Origin: Rudaea sp.
Lineage (GTDB): Bacteria > Pseudomonadota > Gammaproteobacteria > Xanthomonadales > Rhodanobacteraceae
Length of the DNA stretch: 64,000 bases
Direction of reading: 5' to 3'
Assembly: GCF_036560865.1 (NCBI RefSeq)
Contig: NZ_DATBQK010000022.1
Span: 7,493 to 71,492, forward strand
Position numbers and translations under genes: made by a program. Below the pieces are notes generated by a model. That model was not told the origin of the DNA. It made no database searches and saw only the letters and a program-made list of their open reading frames with translations. Below, in pieces: positions 9,538 to 19,727 of this stretch. Each line of letters starts with the position of its first letter. The first letter of the stretch is position 1.

Positions 9538-10276
9538 CGCCGCGAAAGTCTCGACGCTGGTCGTCGATGACGAACCCGTCGCGCGCGCCGGCCTGCGCCA
9601 TCTGCTCGCCGAAATCGACTGGATCGCCTGCGTCGGCGAAGCGGCGAGCGGACCCGCCGCGGTCGCGGCAATCGATACTTTCAAGCCGGAACTGGTCTTC
9701 CTCGATATCCAGATGCCGGGTTTGCTCGGCACCGATGTAGCGCGTCTGGTAAAGCATCAGCCGCTGTTCGTTTTCACCACCGCCTACGCGCAACACGCGG
9801 TGACCGCGTTCGAACTTGGCGCGCTCGACTATCTGCTCAAACCCTTTGGCGCGGAACGGCTGCATGCCACGCTCGATCGCGTGCGCGCGGCGATCGGCGA
9901 ACCGCGGGTGCCGTCGCTCGACCGCCTCGGCGAGGCACTGAGTCATGCGCCGATGAGCCGGCTGTTCGTGCGCGCCGGTCGTTCCATCATTCCACTGGCG
10001 GTTGCCGATATCGCCTGGTTCGAAGCGGTCGGCGACTATATCGCCGCGCACGTCGGCGACACCCAGCATCTGCTGCACCTGTCGCTGAGCCAACTGGAGA
10101 GCCGCCTCGATCCGCGGCGTTTCACGCGCATCCATCGCACGCATATCGTCAATCTCGACCACGTGCAGGCGTTCCGGCGCCAGGCTGACGGCCATATGCT
10201 TGCCGAACTGAAGGACGGCACCTGTCTGCCTGTGAGTCGGTCGCGGGCACGGGATTTGCGCAGCCTGGCGCGCTGA
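9530..10276 (+). CDS. LytR/AlgR-family response regulator (REC + LytTR DNA-binding domain)
   Basis: STLVVDDEPVARAGL..., VFLDIQMPG, and C-terminal LytTR-like FTRIHRTHIVNLDHV. The ATG overlaps the kinase stop (ATGAATGA). Confidence 0.85.
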   Translation: MNDAAKVSTLVVDDEPVARAGLRHLLAEIDWIACVGEAASGPAAVAAIDTFKPELVFLDIQMPGLLGTDVARLVKHQPLFVFTTAYAQHAVTAFELGALDYLLKPFGAERLHATLDRVRAAIGEPRVPSLDRLGEALSHAPMSRLFVRAGRSIIPLAVADIAWFEAVGDYIAAHVGDTQHLLHLSLSQLESRLDPRRFTRIHRTHIVNLDHVQAFRRQADGHMLAELKDGTCLPVSRSRARDLRSLAR

Positions 10277-10425
10277 TTTGCGCATCGATCGGCGCAGCGC
10301 CGGCGTGCTGCGGTTGGACTATCATTCGCGCACCGCCGCTGCCAGCGCCGCGGCGCAGCATCCTTCCGCCGATGCCCGACGGAAGGAATTCCGCAAGTCG
10401 TCAAAATCAGGAATTGGAGGGAGTC

Positions 10426-10923
10426 ATGCAACTACGAGCAGTCTTTTTTCGTTCCGCCCTCGCCGCACTGGTCGCTTCGTTTTGCTGTAACGCTTTCGCA
10501 GCGGACGGTACACCTGCAGGCGAGCAATCGATGGCAAAAAACTTGAACGAACAGAAATTCGGAGCCTTTCCAGGCCTTCCTGCCTGTTTCGTCGGCGCGG
10601 TATTGAGCGGCGATCCGGGCAAGGGCCCATCGCTACTCGTGGGAAAGTTCGCAAGTGGATGCAGCGTCCCCTGGCATTGGCATACGCCGGATGAGCACGT
10701 GATGCTGGCCAGCGGCGTCGGCAGGATGGAGATGAAGGACGCCAAGACCGCCGTGCTGCGCTCCGGCGGCTACGCGATGATGCCCGGACACCATGTGCAC
10801 CAGTTCACCTGCCTGTCCACATGCGTGATGTTCCTGAAGGCGGATGGCGCCTTCGACACGCATTACGTCAATGCCGACGGCAAGGAAATTCCACCCGAGG
10901 AAGCGCTGAAGAAAAAGAAGTAG
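10426..10923 (+). CDS. Exported cupin-domain protein
   Basis: GGAGGGAG SD before ATG 10426. Signal peptide MQLRAVFFRSALAALVASFCCNAFA. Cupin-like HWHTPDEHVMLASGVGRMEM...MPGHHVHQF. Confidence 0.6.
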   Translation: MQLRAVFFRSALAALVASFCCNAFAADGTPAGEQSMAKNLNEQKFGAFPGLPACFVGAVLSGDPGKGPSLLVGKFASGCSVPWHWHTPDEHVMLASGVGRMEMKDAKTAVLRSGGYAMMPGHHVHQFTCLSTCVMFLKADGAFDTHYVNADGKEIPPEEALKKKK

Positions 10924-10995
10924 CGGTGAGTTGAGTGGACAGTGGATGGAGCGCGTCAGCGCGCGCGCTCCATCTGCCTGCGACCAAGAGTGTGG

Positions 10996-12882
10996 CTACT
11001 TCTTGCCGGCCAGCGCCTTTTCCACCGCCCCACGCGTTATCGGGTGATAGCCGGGCTTGGCCTCAGCGTAGATCTTTTCCGCGAGCGCCTTGCCTTGCGG
11101 CGTTTTCACCAGCGCCTCGTACAGCGGCACGACGAGTATCATCCGACCGACGCGCAACATGTGCTCGCGCATCGCCGCAAACGCGGCACGGTAATCGCTG
11201 CCGATCGCGAGTCGATACCAGCGAAAGGCGATCACCGCATTGTGCGTGCCGGTGAGATGCCAGGTGTCGTCGAGATCCTGCATCTGCGCAGCGCTGAGCT
11301 TGGCCGGCAGCTGATCGAGGAAGTATTGCCACTCCTGCGTGCGCCACGTCTTCGCGCCGAGTCCCGCCGCATCGAGCTTGCCCGCGACGAACTGCTCGCG
11401 GAGTTTGTCCTGCTCGGCAAAACGCGCAGAACTTGGCAGCCGCGCAGCGGCCGGAATGCCTGGCTGATGCAGCCACACGTTCACTTCGTCCATGTTGAAT
11501 TTGCCCGGATATTTATCGAGCAGATTCGCCTTGAGATAAGCGACAAACTGATCGGTGGTGATGCTTTGAAATGCGAAATGATCGAAGTAGCTGCGCAGAA
11601 AACGATCGAACGTATCGCGGCCGAATTTTGCTTCGAGCGTTTGCAGGAACCATGAGCCCTTGGTGTACGGGGTATCGGAGAGACTGTCGTCTGCATCCTT
11701 GCCGGTGAGATCGGGCACCAGCAGTTGTTCCGCCGCCGGCGCCGTGGCGTAGGTCTTGCGCAGTTCGGCGGCGGCGACGAGGAACTCCTCGTCGGCCTGC
11801 TGCTTGCCGTAGACCGCCTCAACGATGCGGCCCTGCACGTAGGTCGTAAAGCCCTCGTTGAGCCAGACGTGGCGCCATGCGGCATTGGTTACGAGATTGC
11901 CCGACCAGGAATGCGCAAGCTCGTGCGCGATCACGCTGACCAGCGACTTGTCGCCCGCGATCACGGTCGGCGTGGCGAAGGTCAGGCGCGGATTTTCCAT
12001 GCCGCCGTACGGGAACGACGGCGGCAGCACGAGGATGTCGTAACGTTGCCAGCGATAGGGTCCATAGAGTTTCTCGGTCGTCGCGATCATCGTCTCGACG
12101 TCTTCGAACTCCTTCGCCGCCGCGGCCACGGTTTCCGGCTCGGCATACACCGCGCTGCGCGGGCCGGTTTCCTTGACCGCGATGTCGCCGATCGCCAGCG
12201 CCAGGAGATACGACGGAATCTTCTGTGGCATGACGAAATGGAAATCGCCGTCGAGCGCATGATGGGCATCGTCCGATTCATTCAAAGATCGGGCGCTCAT
12301 CACCGCGCGCAATTCCTTCGGCGTATGCACGTGCGCCGTGTAGGAGAAGCGCACGCTCGGCGAGTCCTGCAGCGGCACCCAACTGCGCCCGGCGATCGAC
12401 TCGGACTGCGAGTACATGAACGGGTATTTCTTGCCCGCGGTTTGGCCCGGATCGAGCCACTGCAGGCCGGCCGCATCGGGACTGGTCGCGTAGACGATGC
12501 GCACCTTCCTGTTTTGCGCCGGCAGCGCAATGCGCAGCGCCGAGCCGCGCAGCGCCTCGGGCTGGTCGAGACTGAACTTCGCCTCGCTCCACTTGCCGGA
12601 TTTGTCCACGGCTTCGATCTTGTCGATCTTCAGGTCGCGCGTATCGAGGACCAGTTCACGCGCCGCCTTGTCGCGCCAATCCAGATCGAGTGTTGCGCTG
12701 CCGGCAAGCTCGTGCTTGTCGAACGACACCGACAGATCGAGGTCGAGCGCCGTCACTCGCACTTTGTCCGGCTGCGCGTAGGAATGAGGATCCAGCTCCA
12801 TATGGATATTTGCGGCGTGAAGCGCTGGCATGGCGGCGAGACCCAGGGTAACGGCGAACAATGTGCGGCAGATGAAAATCAT
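10996..12882 (-). CDS. M1-family zinc aminopeptidase (leukotriene A4 hydrolase-like), exported
   Basis: GGMENP, HELAHSWSGN...WLNEGFTTY (HEXXH-18-E). ATG 12882 after GAGGG. Signal peptide MIFICRTLFAVTLGLAAMPALHA. Confidence 0.85.
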   Translation of the reverse strand: MIFICRTLFAVTLGLAAMPALHAANIHMELDPHSYAQPDKVRVTALDLDLSVSFDKHELAGSATLDLDWRDKAARELVLDTRDLKIDKIEAVDKSGKWSEAKFSLDQPEALRGSALRIALPAQNRKVRIVYATSPDAAGLQWLDPGQTAGKKYPFMYSQSESIAGRSWVPLQDSPSVRFSYTAHVHTPKELRAVMSARSLNESDDAHHALDGDFHFVMPQKIPSYLLALAIGDIAVKETGPRSAVYAEPETVAAAAKEFEDVETMIATTEKLYGPYRWQRYDILVLPPSFPYGGMENPRLTFATPTVIAGDKSLVSVIAHELAHSWSGNLVTNAAWRHVWLNEGFTTYVQGRIVEAVYGKQQADEEFLVAAAELRKTYATAPAAEQLLVPDLTGKDADDSLSDTPYTKGSWFLQTLEAKFGRDTFDRFLRSYFDHFAFQSITTDQFVAYLKANLLDKYPGKFNMDEVNVWLHQPGIPAAARLPSSARFAEQDKLREQFVAGKLDAAGLGAKTWRTQEWQYFLDQLPAKLSAAQMQDLDDTWHLTGTHNAVIAFRWYRLAIGSDYRAAFAAMREHMLRVGRMILVVPLYEALVKTPQGKALAEKIYAEAKPGYHPITRGAVEKALAGKK

Positions 12883-13023
12883 GATGCCCTCGTCAAAACT
12901 GAAATTTTCCACACGTATGCAGAACGAAGGCCTACCGGCGGCGCCAGCCGCGTGGCGCAAGACCGTGCGCGCGCGCAGGCGCCCGGACCGCATGCGGTCG
13001 CTGCTGCCCGGCAGGTGCGAGCG

Positions 13024-14868
13024 CTACTTGATCTCGCAGAAACAATAGGCGAACACGCCGACCTTGTTGGCGTCGAGCGAACGCAGCAATTTGAGCTGGT
13101 CCTGCACGTCGGATTGTGCGAGCAACACGCGCGCAGCTTCCGGCACGACCGCGCGGCCGATACGCGTCAGCGCGTCGTTGCTCAGGCTGACAGCGAATCT
13201 CTCCCACGCCGACATTTCCTTTTCGACGTAGCGTACCTGGTAGTTGCCGGCGATATTCGCTGCCTGCGCGGCGGCGGCCGTGGCCTCACGCAGACCGCCG
13301 AGTTGATCGACCAGGCCGCGCTCCTTCGCCTGCGCCCCACTCCACACGCGGCCGCGTGCGATCGCGTCGATCTGCTGCGGCGTCTTGTTGCGCGCGGCGG
13401 CCACCTTGCCGATGAAGTTCTGATAACCCTTGTCGATTATGCTCTGGATCACCGCGCCGACTTTCGGGTCGAGCGCTCGGCGCGGATCGATCGCGCCGGC
13501 GAACGCAGTCGTGCCGACGCCGTCGGTATGCACGCCGATCTTGGCCAGGGTGTTCGGAATGTTCATGAACAGGCCGAAGATGCCGATCGAACCGGTGATC
13601 GTGTTCGGCTCGGCGAAAATCTGATCGCCGTTCATCGAAATCCAGTAGCCGCCCGAGGCCGCGACATCACCCATCGACACGATGACCGGCTTGCCCGCCG
13701 CCTTGGTCAGTTCGATTTCGCGGCGGATCAGCTCCGAGGCAAACGCGTCGCCGCCAGGCGAATTCACGCGCAGCACGAGCGCCTTGACCTTGTTGTTCTC
13801 GCGCGCGCGACGGATCAGCTTGGCCGTGGATTCGCCACCGACGGTGCCCGCCGCCTGATCGCCGCCCATGATCTCGCCCTCGGCGACGACCACGGCGACT
13901 TGCGGGCGCGTATCGCGCAGGTTTTCGTGCTGCACGATCGAAAGATAGTCCTGGAAATCGACCTGACGGAAGCTGTGCTCCTCTTTCACGCCCTTGGCGA
14001 TCAGCATCGCCTCGGCTTCGTCGTGCGTAGCCAGCTTGTCGACCAGTTTGTCATCGAGCGCGAGCTTGGCGAGGTCGCCGTTCGCCGCCTTGATCGAGGT
14101 CGCATAGTTGTCGATCTGCGCGCTGATGACCTTCGGATCGAGCTTGCGCGCAGCACCAACCTCCTTGAGGTAATCGTTCCACACATCGTTCATCCAGAAC
14201 AGATCGGCTTCCCTGGATTCGGGCGAGGCGTCGTTGCGGATGTAGGGTTCGGCGTAGGATTTGTATTCACCGACGCGGAACAGATGCACGTCGACGCCGA
14301 GCCAGTCGAGCGCATCCTTGTAGTAGGTACGGTAGCGGCCGAGACCTTCGAGCAGCAGATCGCCCTCGGGGTGCAGCAGGATCTGGTTCGCGTGCGCGGC
14401 CAGCAGATACTGGCCCTGACTCATCGAATTGGATACGGCGACGACGTCCTTGCCCGCCGCCTTGAAGCGCTCGATCGCCGCGCCGATTTCGTGCAGGGTC
14501 GACATGCCGGCGCTGGCGATTTCATCCGGCTCGATCACCAAGCGCTCGATGCGGCTGTCCGCGGCAGCGGCGTCGATCGCGCGCAGGATATCGCGCAACT
14601 GCACTTCCCTGACCTTGCCGCCGAACGCGCTGGCGAGCGCGCGCTGCGCCGGCTCGGAAGTATACTGTTCCACAATATTGCCTTTCGGATCGAGCACAAG
14701 CGCGGTGCGCTCGCCGAGTCTCGTGCCGCCGCTGCTGCGCAGGGCCACCAGGAAGATGATCAGCAACAACAGGGCGATTGCACCGAACACCAGGCGGCGG
14801 ATGAAATTGAACAAATTCCAGACCCAGACAAACAGGGTGGCAAAAACGCCGCGACTCTTCTCCGCCAT
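13024..14868 (-). CDS. sppA: Signal peptide peptidase SppA, 67K type
   Basis: 614 aa with an N-terminal TM and two ClpP/S49 repeats (SMSQGQYLLAAHAN..., VVSMGDVAASGGYWISMNGD...). ATG 14868 after GAGG. Confidence 0.85.
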   Translation of the reverse strand: MAEKSRGVFATLFVWVWNLFNFIRRLVFGAIALLLLIIFLVALRSSGGTRLGERTALVLDPKGNIVEQYTSEPAQRALASAFGGKVREVQLRDILRAIDAAAADSRIERLVIEPDEIASAGMSTLHEIGAAIERFKAAGKDVVAVSNSMSQGQYLLAAHANQILLHPEGDLLLEGLGRYRTYYKDALDWLGVDVHLFRVGEYKSYAEPYIRNDASPESREADLFWMNDVWNDYLKEVGAARKLDPKVISAQIDNYATSIKAANGDLAKLALDDKLVDKLATHDEAEAMLIAKGVKEEHSFRQVDFQDYLSIVQHENLRDTRPQVAVVVAEGEIMGGDQAAGTVGGESTAKLIRRARENNKVKALVLRVNSPGGDAFASELIRREIELTKAAGKPVIVSMGDVAASGGYWISMNGDQIFAEPNTITGSIGIFGLFMNIPNTLAKIGVHTDGVGTTAFAGAIDPRRALDPKVGAVIQSIIDKGYQNFIGKVAAARNKTPQQIDAIARGRVWSGAQAKERGLVDQLGGLREATAAAAQAANIAGNYQVRYVEKEMSAWERFAVSLSNDALTRIGRAVVPEAARVLLAQSDVQDQLKLLRSLDANKVGVFAYCFCEIK

Positions 14869-14946
14869 ACGAACCTCGCGCAATGAAACGTTGCATTCCT
14901 GCTGTGCAGCGTACCCCAAGAGCGAGGTCGCGGCACACGTCTGAAG

Positions 14947-16350
14947 TCATGCCCGCGCGCTGCTGGGCACCAAACGGCTGCGGCGCACGAAGCGCAGCAG
15001 CAATAGCAGCGCCGCCGCCGTGAGCCCGGCGACGAGACCCATCCACATACCCCGCGCGCCGTAGCCGCGATGAAACGCGAGCCAGTAGCCGACCGGCATG
15101 CCGATACCCCAGTAGGCGAGCACGGTGATCGCCATCGGCAGCGTGGTGTCCTTGAGTCCGCGCAGCGCGCCGTTCGCGGTGACCTGGATGCCGTCGGAAA
15201 ACTGGAACACCGCGGCGAGCAGCAGCAGGCGCGCGGCGAGCGCGGTGACCTCGGTGTCGCTCGTGTAGCAGCGCGCGATCGCGAGCGGCAGCAGTGCCAT
15301 CAACAGCGACGCGACCGATTGCGTCGCCAGCGACAGGCCGATGCCGGCGAATCCCGCGCTGCGCGCGCCGCGCGCGTCGCCGCGGCCGGCCGCATGGCCG
15401 ACGCGCACGGTCGTGGCCATCGCCAGACCCAAGGGCACCATGAAGGTGATCGAGGCGACATTGATCGCCACCTGATGGCTCGCGACCGTGATCGCGCCGA
15501 GTGAGCCGATCAGCAGCGCCGTGCACACGAACAATCCCGACTCCATCAGCACGGTCACCGCCATCGGCACGCCCAGACGCAGCAGCGCGCTTATGTCGCG
15601 CCAGCGCGGCCACTCGAAATGCGCAAACGGTGCGATCTCGCGATAGTTGCGGCGCAGGTGCAGATACAGCGCGAGCGCTCCGAACATCAGCCACAGCACC
15701 AGCGCACTCGCCTCGCCCGAACCCTGCGCACCGCGCGGCGCGATGCCGAGCTTGCCATACATGAACACGTAGCCGATCGGCGCGAGCAGGGCCAGACCCA
15801 GCGCGCCGAAATACATGGTTGGCCGCGTCAGCGCTAGTCCTTCGGACAGGCCGCGCAGCGCGAGATAGCCGGTCAGCGCCGGCGCGCCCCAGGCGATCGC
15901 ACGCAGGAATTTGCCGGTGTCCTCGACGATGCTCGGATCGACGCCGAACGCGCCGATCAGCCACGGCCCCGCGTAGCGCACGAGGAGCAACAGCGCCAGT
16001 CCGACGAAGGTCGCCAGCCACAAAGCCTGGCGAAATATCGGTCCGATCTCGCCGTGCCGGCCCGCGCCGGCCAGATGCGCGACGGTCGGCGGCAGCGCCA
16101 TGATCACGCCGATCGCGGCGTTGATCGCGAGCGCCCACACGCTGGTGCCGACCGCGACCGCGGCCAGCGTGTGCGCGTTGAGATGTCCGGCCAGCAACGT
16201 GTCGACCACGTTCATGCCGATTGCGGACAACTGGCCGAGGATCAGGGGCAGTGCGAGATTGGCGGTGGCGCGCAGTTCGCCGCGGAAGGCGGACGGATCA
16301 AACCGCGACGTGTCCGCAGCCGCTGCATCCGCGCCCGGAGTGGCTGGCAT
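14947..16350 (-). CDS. MATE-family multidrug efflux transporter (NorM-like)
   Basis: 467 aa, 12-TM pattern, N-terminal LALPLILGQLSAIGMNVVDTLLAGHL typical of MATE. Confidence 0.85.
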   Translation of the reverse strand: MPATPGADAAAADTSRFDPSAFRGELRATANLALPLILGQLSAIGMNVVDTLLAGHLNAHTLAAVAVGTSVWALAINAAIGVIMALPPTVAHLAGAGRHGEIGPIFRQALWLATFVGLALLLLVRYAGPWLIGAFGVDPSIVEDTGKFLRAIAWGAPALTGYLALRGLSEGLALTRPTMYFGALGLALLAPIGYVFMYGKLGIAPRGAQGSGEASALVLWLMFGALALYLHLRRNYREIAPFAHFEWPRWRDISALLRLGVPMAVTVLMESGLFVCTALLIGSLGAITVASHQVAINVASITFMVPLGLAMATTVRVGHAAGRGDARGARSAGFAGIGLSLATQSVASLLMALLPLAIARCYTSDTEVTALAARLLLLAAVFQFSDGIQVTANGALRGLKDTTLPMAITVLAYWGIGMPVGYWLAFHRGYGARGMWMGLVAGLTAAALLLLLRFVRRSRLVPSSARA

Positions 16351-16430
16351 CGCAGATCAACCCAAGACAAGGCCGCCTAGTCTAGCCGAACGCGCGCACC
16401 CGGGCCGTGGTTCCACGTTAGGATAGGCGC

Positions 16431-17663
16431 ATGCACAGTCCCGGCGACGACGCCCCTTTCGAACTCGCACCGCTTGCCCCGGCCGTTGCGCCAGCGGATG
16501 CGCCGGCGGCCGTTGCGCCACCCGCGCTCGCGCAGTGCGCGAACTGCGGTGTCGAATTGCTCGGACCGCATTGCTATGCCTGCGGCCAGCCGGTCAAAGG
16601 CATGGTGCGGCATCTGTCGAGCATTCTCGCCGACGCGGCGGATACGATCCTCAATATCGATTCGCGCATTTTCCGCACGCTGTGGCCGTTGTTTGTGCGG
16701 CCCGGTTTTTTGTCCACCGAATATTTCGCCGGCCGCCGCGTGCGCTACGTGACACCGTTTCGTCTATATGTGTTCCTCAGCATCGCGACGTTTTTCCTGA
16801 TCCAGTTTGCGCTCGGCGACATGGGCATGAACAACATCATCAACGTCGATGCGGATGCAAGCGATGCGGTCACCATGGCGGCGACCGCGGACGAGGTGGT
16901 CAAGCAGCGCGATACCGCGATCGCCGAACTCAGGAAAACCGAATCCGCGCCGATGATGCCGGCGGAGGCGAGCAAGGGCATCGAAAAGGCGATCGCGGCG
17001 CTGCAGAAGAAAGCCGACCAACGCCTCGACTATCTGGGCAAGGCCGACGCGGCCAGAGCCAAAGGCGACGCACCCCCGCCCGATCCGTCCATCAAGGACG
17101 AGGGTTTTGAATTCAACGGCAAGCGCTGGGATCCGAAAACCAACCCGATCGGCATCGACTGGCTGCCGCAGTTCGCCAACGACAAGCTCAATCAGCTCAC
17201 CGGGCGCGCGCGCGACAATATCTCGAAAATCCGCAAGGATCCCAAACCGTTCCTGATCGGCGCGGTGAGCGTGCTGCCGCAGGTGCTCTTCGTGCTGATG
17301 CCGCTGTTCGCGCTGCTGCTGAAAATCTTCTATATCTTCAAGCGCCGGCTGTACATGGAGCACCTGATCGTCGCGCTGCACAGCCACAGCTTCATTTTTC
17401 TGTCGCTGTTCCTGTTGATGCTCGCCGGCGTGGCGAAGACCTGGGCCGCCACGGCTGCGCCCTGGCTGATCGATCCGCTTGCCTGGATCATCTTCGCGCT
17501 CGGCTGGTGGCTGCCGATCTATCTGTTCCTCATGCAGAAGAAAGTATACAAGCAGGGCTGGACCCTGACCACGCTCAAATACGCCACGATCGGCATCGGC
17601 TACTCGATCATGATCGGACTCGGCGTCGGCGTCGCCTTTCTCGTCAGTCTGGCGACGACCTAG
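16431..17663 (+). CDS. Membrane protein with N-terminal zinc-ribbon (DUF3667-like)
   Basis: CANCGVELLGPHCYACGQP, then several TM helices. The family name is from memory of the C-x2-C...C-x2-C plus TM architecture. Confidence 0.55.
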   Translation: MHSPGDDAPFELAPLAPAVAPADAPAAVAPPALAQCANCGVELLGPHCYACGQPVKGMVRHLSSILADAADTILNIDSRIFRTLWPLFVRPGFLSTEYFAGRRVRYVTPFRLYVFLSIATFFLIQFALGDMGMNNIINVDADASDAVTMAATADEVVKQRDTAIAELRKTESAPMMPAEASKGIEKAIAALQKKADQRLDYLGKADAARAKGDAPPPDPSIKDEGFEFNGKRWDPKTNPIGIDWLPQFANDKLNQLTGRARDNISKIRKDPKPFLIGAVSVLPQVLFVLMPLFALLLKIFYIFKRRLYMEHLIVALHSHSFIFLSLFLLMLAGVAKTWAATAAPWLIDPLAWIIFALGWWLPIYLFLMQKKVYKQGWTLTTLKYATIGIGYSIMIGLGVGVAFLVSLATT

Positions 17664-17749
17664 AAGTCGGGCTCGCTCCGGCAGCATTGCTGTAATGTAT
17701 ACAATGCCACAATGTGTAAATCGGCGACCTGACCGGGTTGCGAGTACGA

Positions 17750-18469
17750 CTACTGCGCCAAGGCCGAGCTGCGCTGCTCGGGCGACATCGTCAGCATCTG
17801 CCGGCGATAACCGTCGCGTTGCTCCTCGGGTAGCGCGCGCCAGTCCTTGATGAAGGCGGCGCGCTGTGCCGGAGTGAATGTTTCGAGCATTGCGCGCGTG
17901 GCGCGGCGCTCTTCCCGGGGCACGGTCTGCATGAGCTGGTGCACGGCGGCGGCGCGCGTTTGCGCGCCCGCACCTTGCAGGAACGCGGCGCGTTCGGCCG
18001 GATTCATGCGCTCGAAGCGCTCGCGCAATTGCGCACGCTCGGCATCGGGCAGCGCGTCGAAGCGTTTGAACGCGTTGCGGATATGCGCCTGTTGCTCGGG
18101 CGGCAGCTGCTGAAATTGCAGATAGCGCTGATGCATTCTCGCGCGTTGTTCCGGGGTCAGGCTCGCCCACTTCTGGATGCGCTGGCTGAGCTGATCGCGC
18201 TGCACCGGCGTCAGTTTCGGCCAGCGCTGCGCGGCATTGCGCAGATGCTGCTGCACATCGGGCGCGAGTTCGTCCCAGATCCCGCGCACGGGCGCGAGAA
18301 TCTGCTGTTCATTGCTGCCGAGCGCCGACCAGGATTGCGTTTGCGGCGGCGTTTCCGCCACGGCGGCGACTGACGGTGCGGCCGCGACTTGCGCGGCCGA
18401 CACGTGCACGGCACATAGCAGCAGGGCTGCGCCTATGCCATAACGCGCAAATTGGTATTGCCGGTTCAA
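17750..18469 (-). CDS. Exported DUF3106-like repeat protein (third gene of the ECF sigma triad)
   Basis: Repeated W..L.PEQR...RF/QR motifs (WSALGSNEQQ, WPKLTPVQRDQL, WASLTPEQRARM, LPPEQQAHIRNAFKRF, MNPAERAAF, FTPAQRAAF, LPEEQRDGY, MSPEQR). The start is uncertain: TTG 18469 overlaps the upstream stop (TTGA) and gives a signal peptide; the ORF track start is 18502. Confidence 0.55.
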   Translation of the reverse strand: MNRQYQFARYGIGAALLLCAVHVSAAQVAAAPSVAAVAETPPQTQSWSALGSNEQQILAPVRGIWDELAPDVQQHLRNAAQRWPKLTPVQRDQLSQRIQKWASLTPEQRARMHQRYLQFQQLPPEQQAHIRNAFKRFDALPDAERAQLRERFERMNPAERAAFLQGAGAQTRAAAVHQLMQTVPREERRATRAMLETFTPAQRAAFIKDWRALPEEQRDGYRRQMLTMSPEQRSSALAQ

Positions 18470-18873
18470 CCGTCGCCGTCCTTCCCCTGCGCATCCAGCC
18501 ATGCGTAGAACTCCAGGTTCTGATAGAACTCAAGCGTATCGTCCGCCGGCGATGTATCGGCATCGGCCGTGCCGACTGCGCCGGCGGTCGTTGCTGCGGA
18601 GTCGAGCGTATCCGGCGCCGGACTCAACGCGGAATGATGCGGTTGCCAGATCGCGACCGCAAGCAGGAGCGCCGCGCAGGCGCTGGCCAGCCCGGCCGGC
18701 AATAGCCAGCGCCGCGGTGAACGTACGGACTGCAGCGCGAGCGCTGTTTGCCGCGCGCGATTCAGACGCGAAGCAGTGTGCGCATCGAGATCGCGCGCGG
18801 ATTCGTCGAGCAGTTGCCTGGCCTGCGCGATCCACGCAGCCTGATCGAAGGAGTTCTTGTCGGGGTCGTTCAT
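18466..18873 (-). CDS. Single-TM protein in anti-sigma position (DUF3619-like)
   Basis: ATG 18873 overlaps the sigma gene stop (ATGA). MNDPDKNSFDQAAWIAQARQLLDESARDLDAHTASRLNRARQTAL, then a TM segment WLLPAGLASACAALLLAVAIW. Confidence 0.5.
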   Translation of the reverse strand: MNDPDKNSFDQAAWIAQARQLLDESARDLDAHTASRLNRARQTALALQSVRSPRRWLLPAGLASACAALLLAVAIWQPHHSALSPAPDTLDSAATTAGAVGTADADTSPADDTLEFYQNLEFYAWLDAQGKDGDG

Positions 18874-19469
18874 TGGTGCTGCTCCAGCGCGCGGCGCAAG
18901 GCGGCAAGCGCGCGCGACAAATGGGTTTTCACGCTGCCTTCGCTGCAACGCATGGTTTGTGCCGTCGTGGCGACATCGAAGCCTTCCCACATGCGCAACA
19001 GAAACGCCTGGCGCTGGCGCAACGGCAGATTTCCCAGCGCCTGATCGAGCGCCGCGGCGGCTTCGTTACCGGCCAGACGCAGCAGTGGACCCGGGTCGTT
19101 CAAATCCGGCGCCTGCGCGATCACGTCGGCCTCTTCCTCCGCGCTGTCGCGATTGAACACCGCCAACCAGCGCCCGCGTACCTTGCGCCGACGATGCCAG
19201 TCGTTCAGCCGGCTGTCGAGAACGCGGTAGAACAGCGGCGCCCATTCGGCTTGCGGTTTGCCGGCGTAGTTGCGCACGAAGCCGCACATCGCGTCCTGCA
19301 CCAGATCGAGCGCCTCGTCGCGATTGCCGCTGGCAAGCTCGGCCATGCGCAGCGCGCGCCGTTCGACCCCGCGCAGGAATTGATCGAGCGCGCGCTGATT
19401 CGTGCTGACTGTTTCCACGCAAGGGCTGTTCGGTAGGGAGACGCTGATTGTGCCAGCAATGCCGCTCAT
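18870..19469 (-). CDS. ECF-type RNA polymerase sigma-70 family factor
   Basis: Region 2 EALDLVQDAMCGFVRNY...FYRVLDSRLNDWHRR and region 4 LPLRQRQAFLLRMWEGFDVATTAQTMRCSEGSVKTHLSRALAALR. Confidence 0.85.
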   Translation of the reverse strand: MSGIAGTISVSLPNSPCVETVSTNQRALDQFLRGVERRALRMAELASGNRDEALDLVQDAMCGFVRNYAGKPQAEWAPLFYRVLDSRLNDWHRRRKVRGRWLAVFNRDSAEEEADVIAQAPDLNDPGPLLRLAGNEAAAALDQALGNLPLRQRQAFLLRMWEGFDVATTAQTMRCSEGSVKTHLSRALAALRRALEQHQ

Positions 19470-19727
19470 GACGTATGCTCCGGGTACGCTTCAGGTAACG
19501 CGGTGGCGCGCGTGCGGTTGACCTTGGGGAGGTTCACCGGCCACGCTTGTACACAAGCGCTGGAAGCATCCGATCAACTTACTGATCGGGCTTGAAATCG
19601 GCCCCGATCGCAGCGAATTTTGCCTTCCAACCCATTGATTGGAAATCTTTATTTCAAACTGGTTAAAGATTCACCAAGCCAAGCGCGGACACGCAGCCAT
19701 GCGCCTTGCACCGCGCGCACAGAAGGC

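Noticed and set aside
11725-14886. The largest ORF in the track (1053 aa, + strand), and similar long ORFs at 339-1526, 2144-3724, 21953-23485, 23570-25261, 35066-37264, 46313-48241, 61022-62719 and elsewhere
   Set aside because: Each lies antisense to, or out of frame with, a gene that has unmistakable family motifs. Their translations are Arg/Ala/His/Gly/Asp-rich with no motifs. These are typical shadow ORFs of a ~67% GC genome where stop codons are rare.
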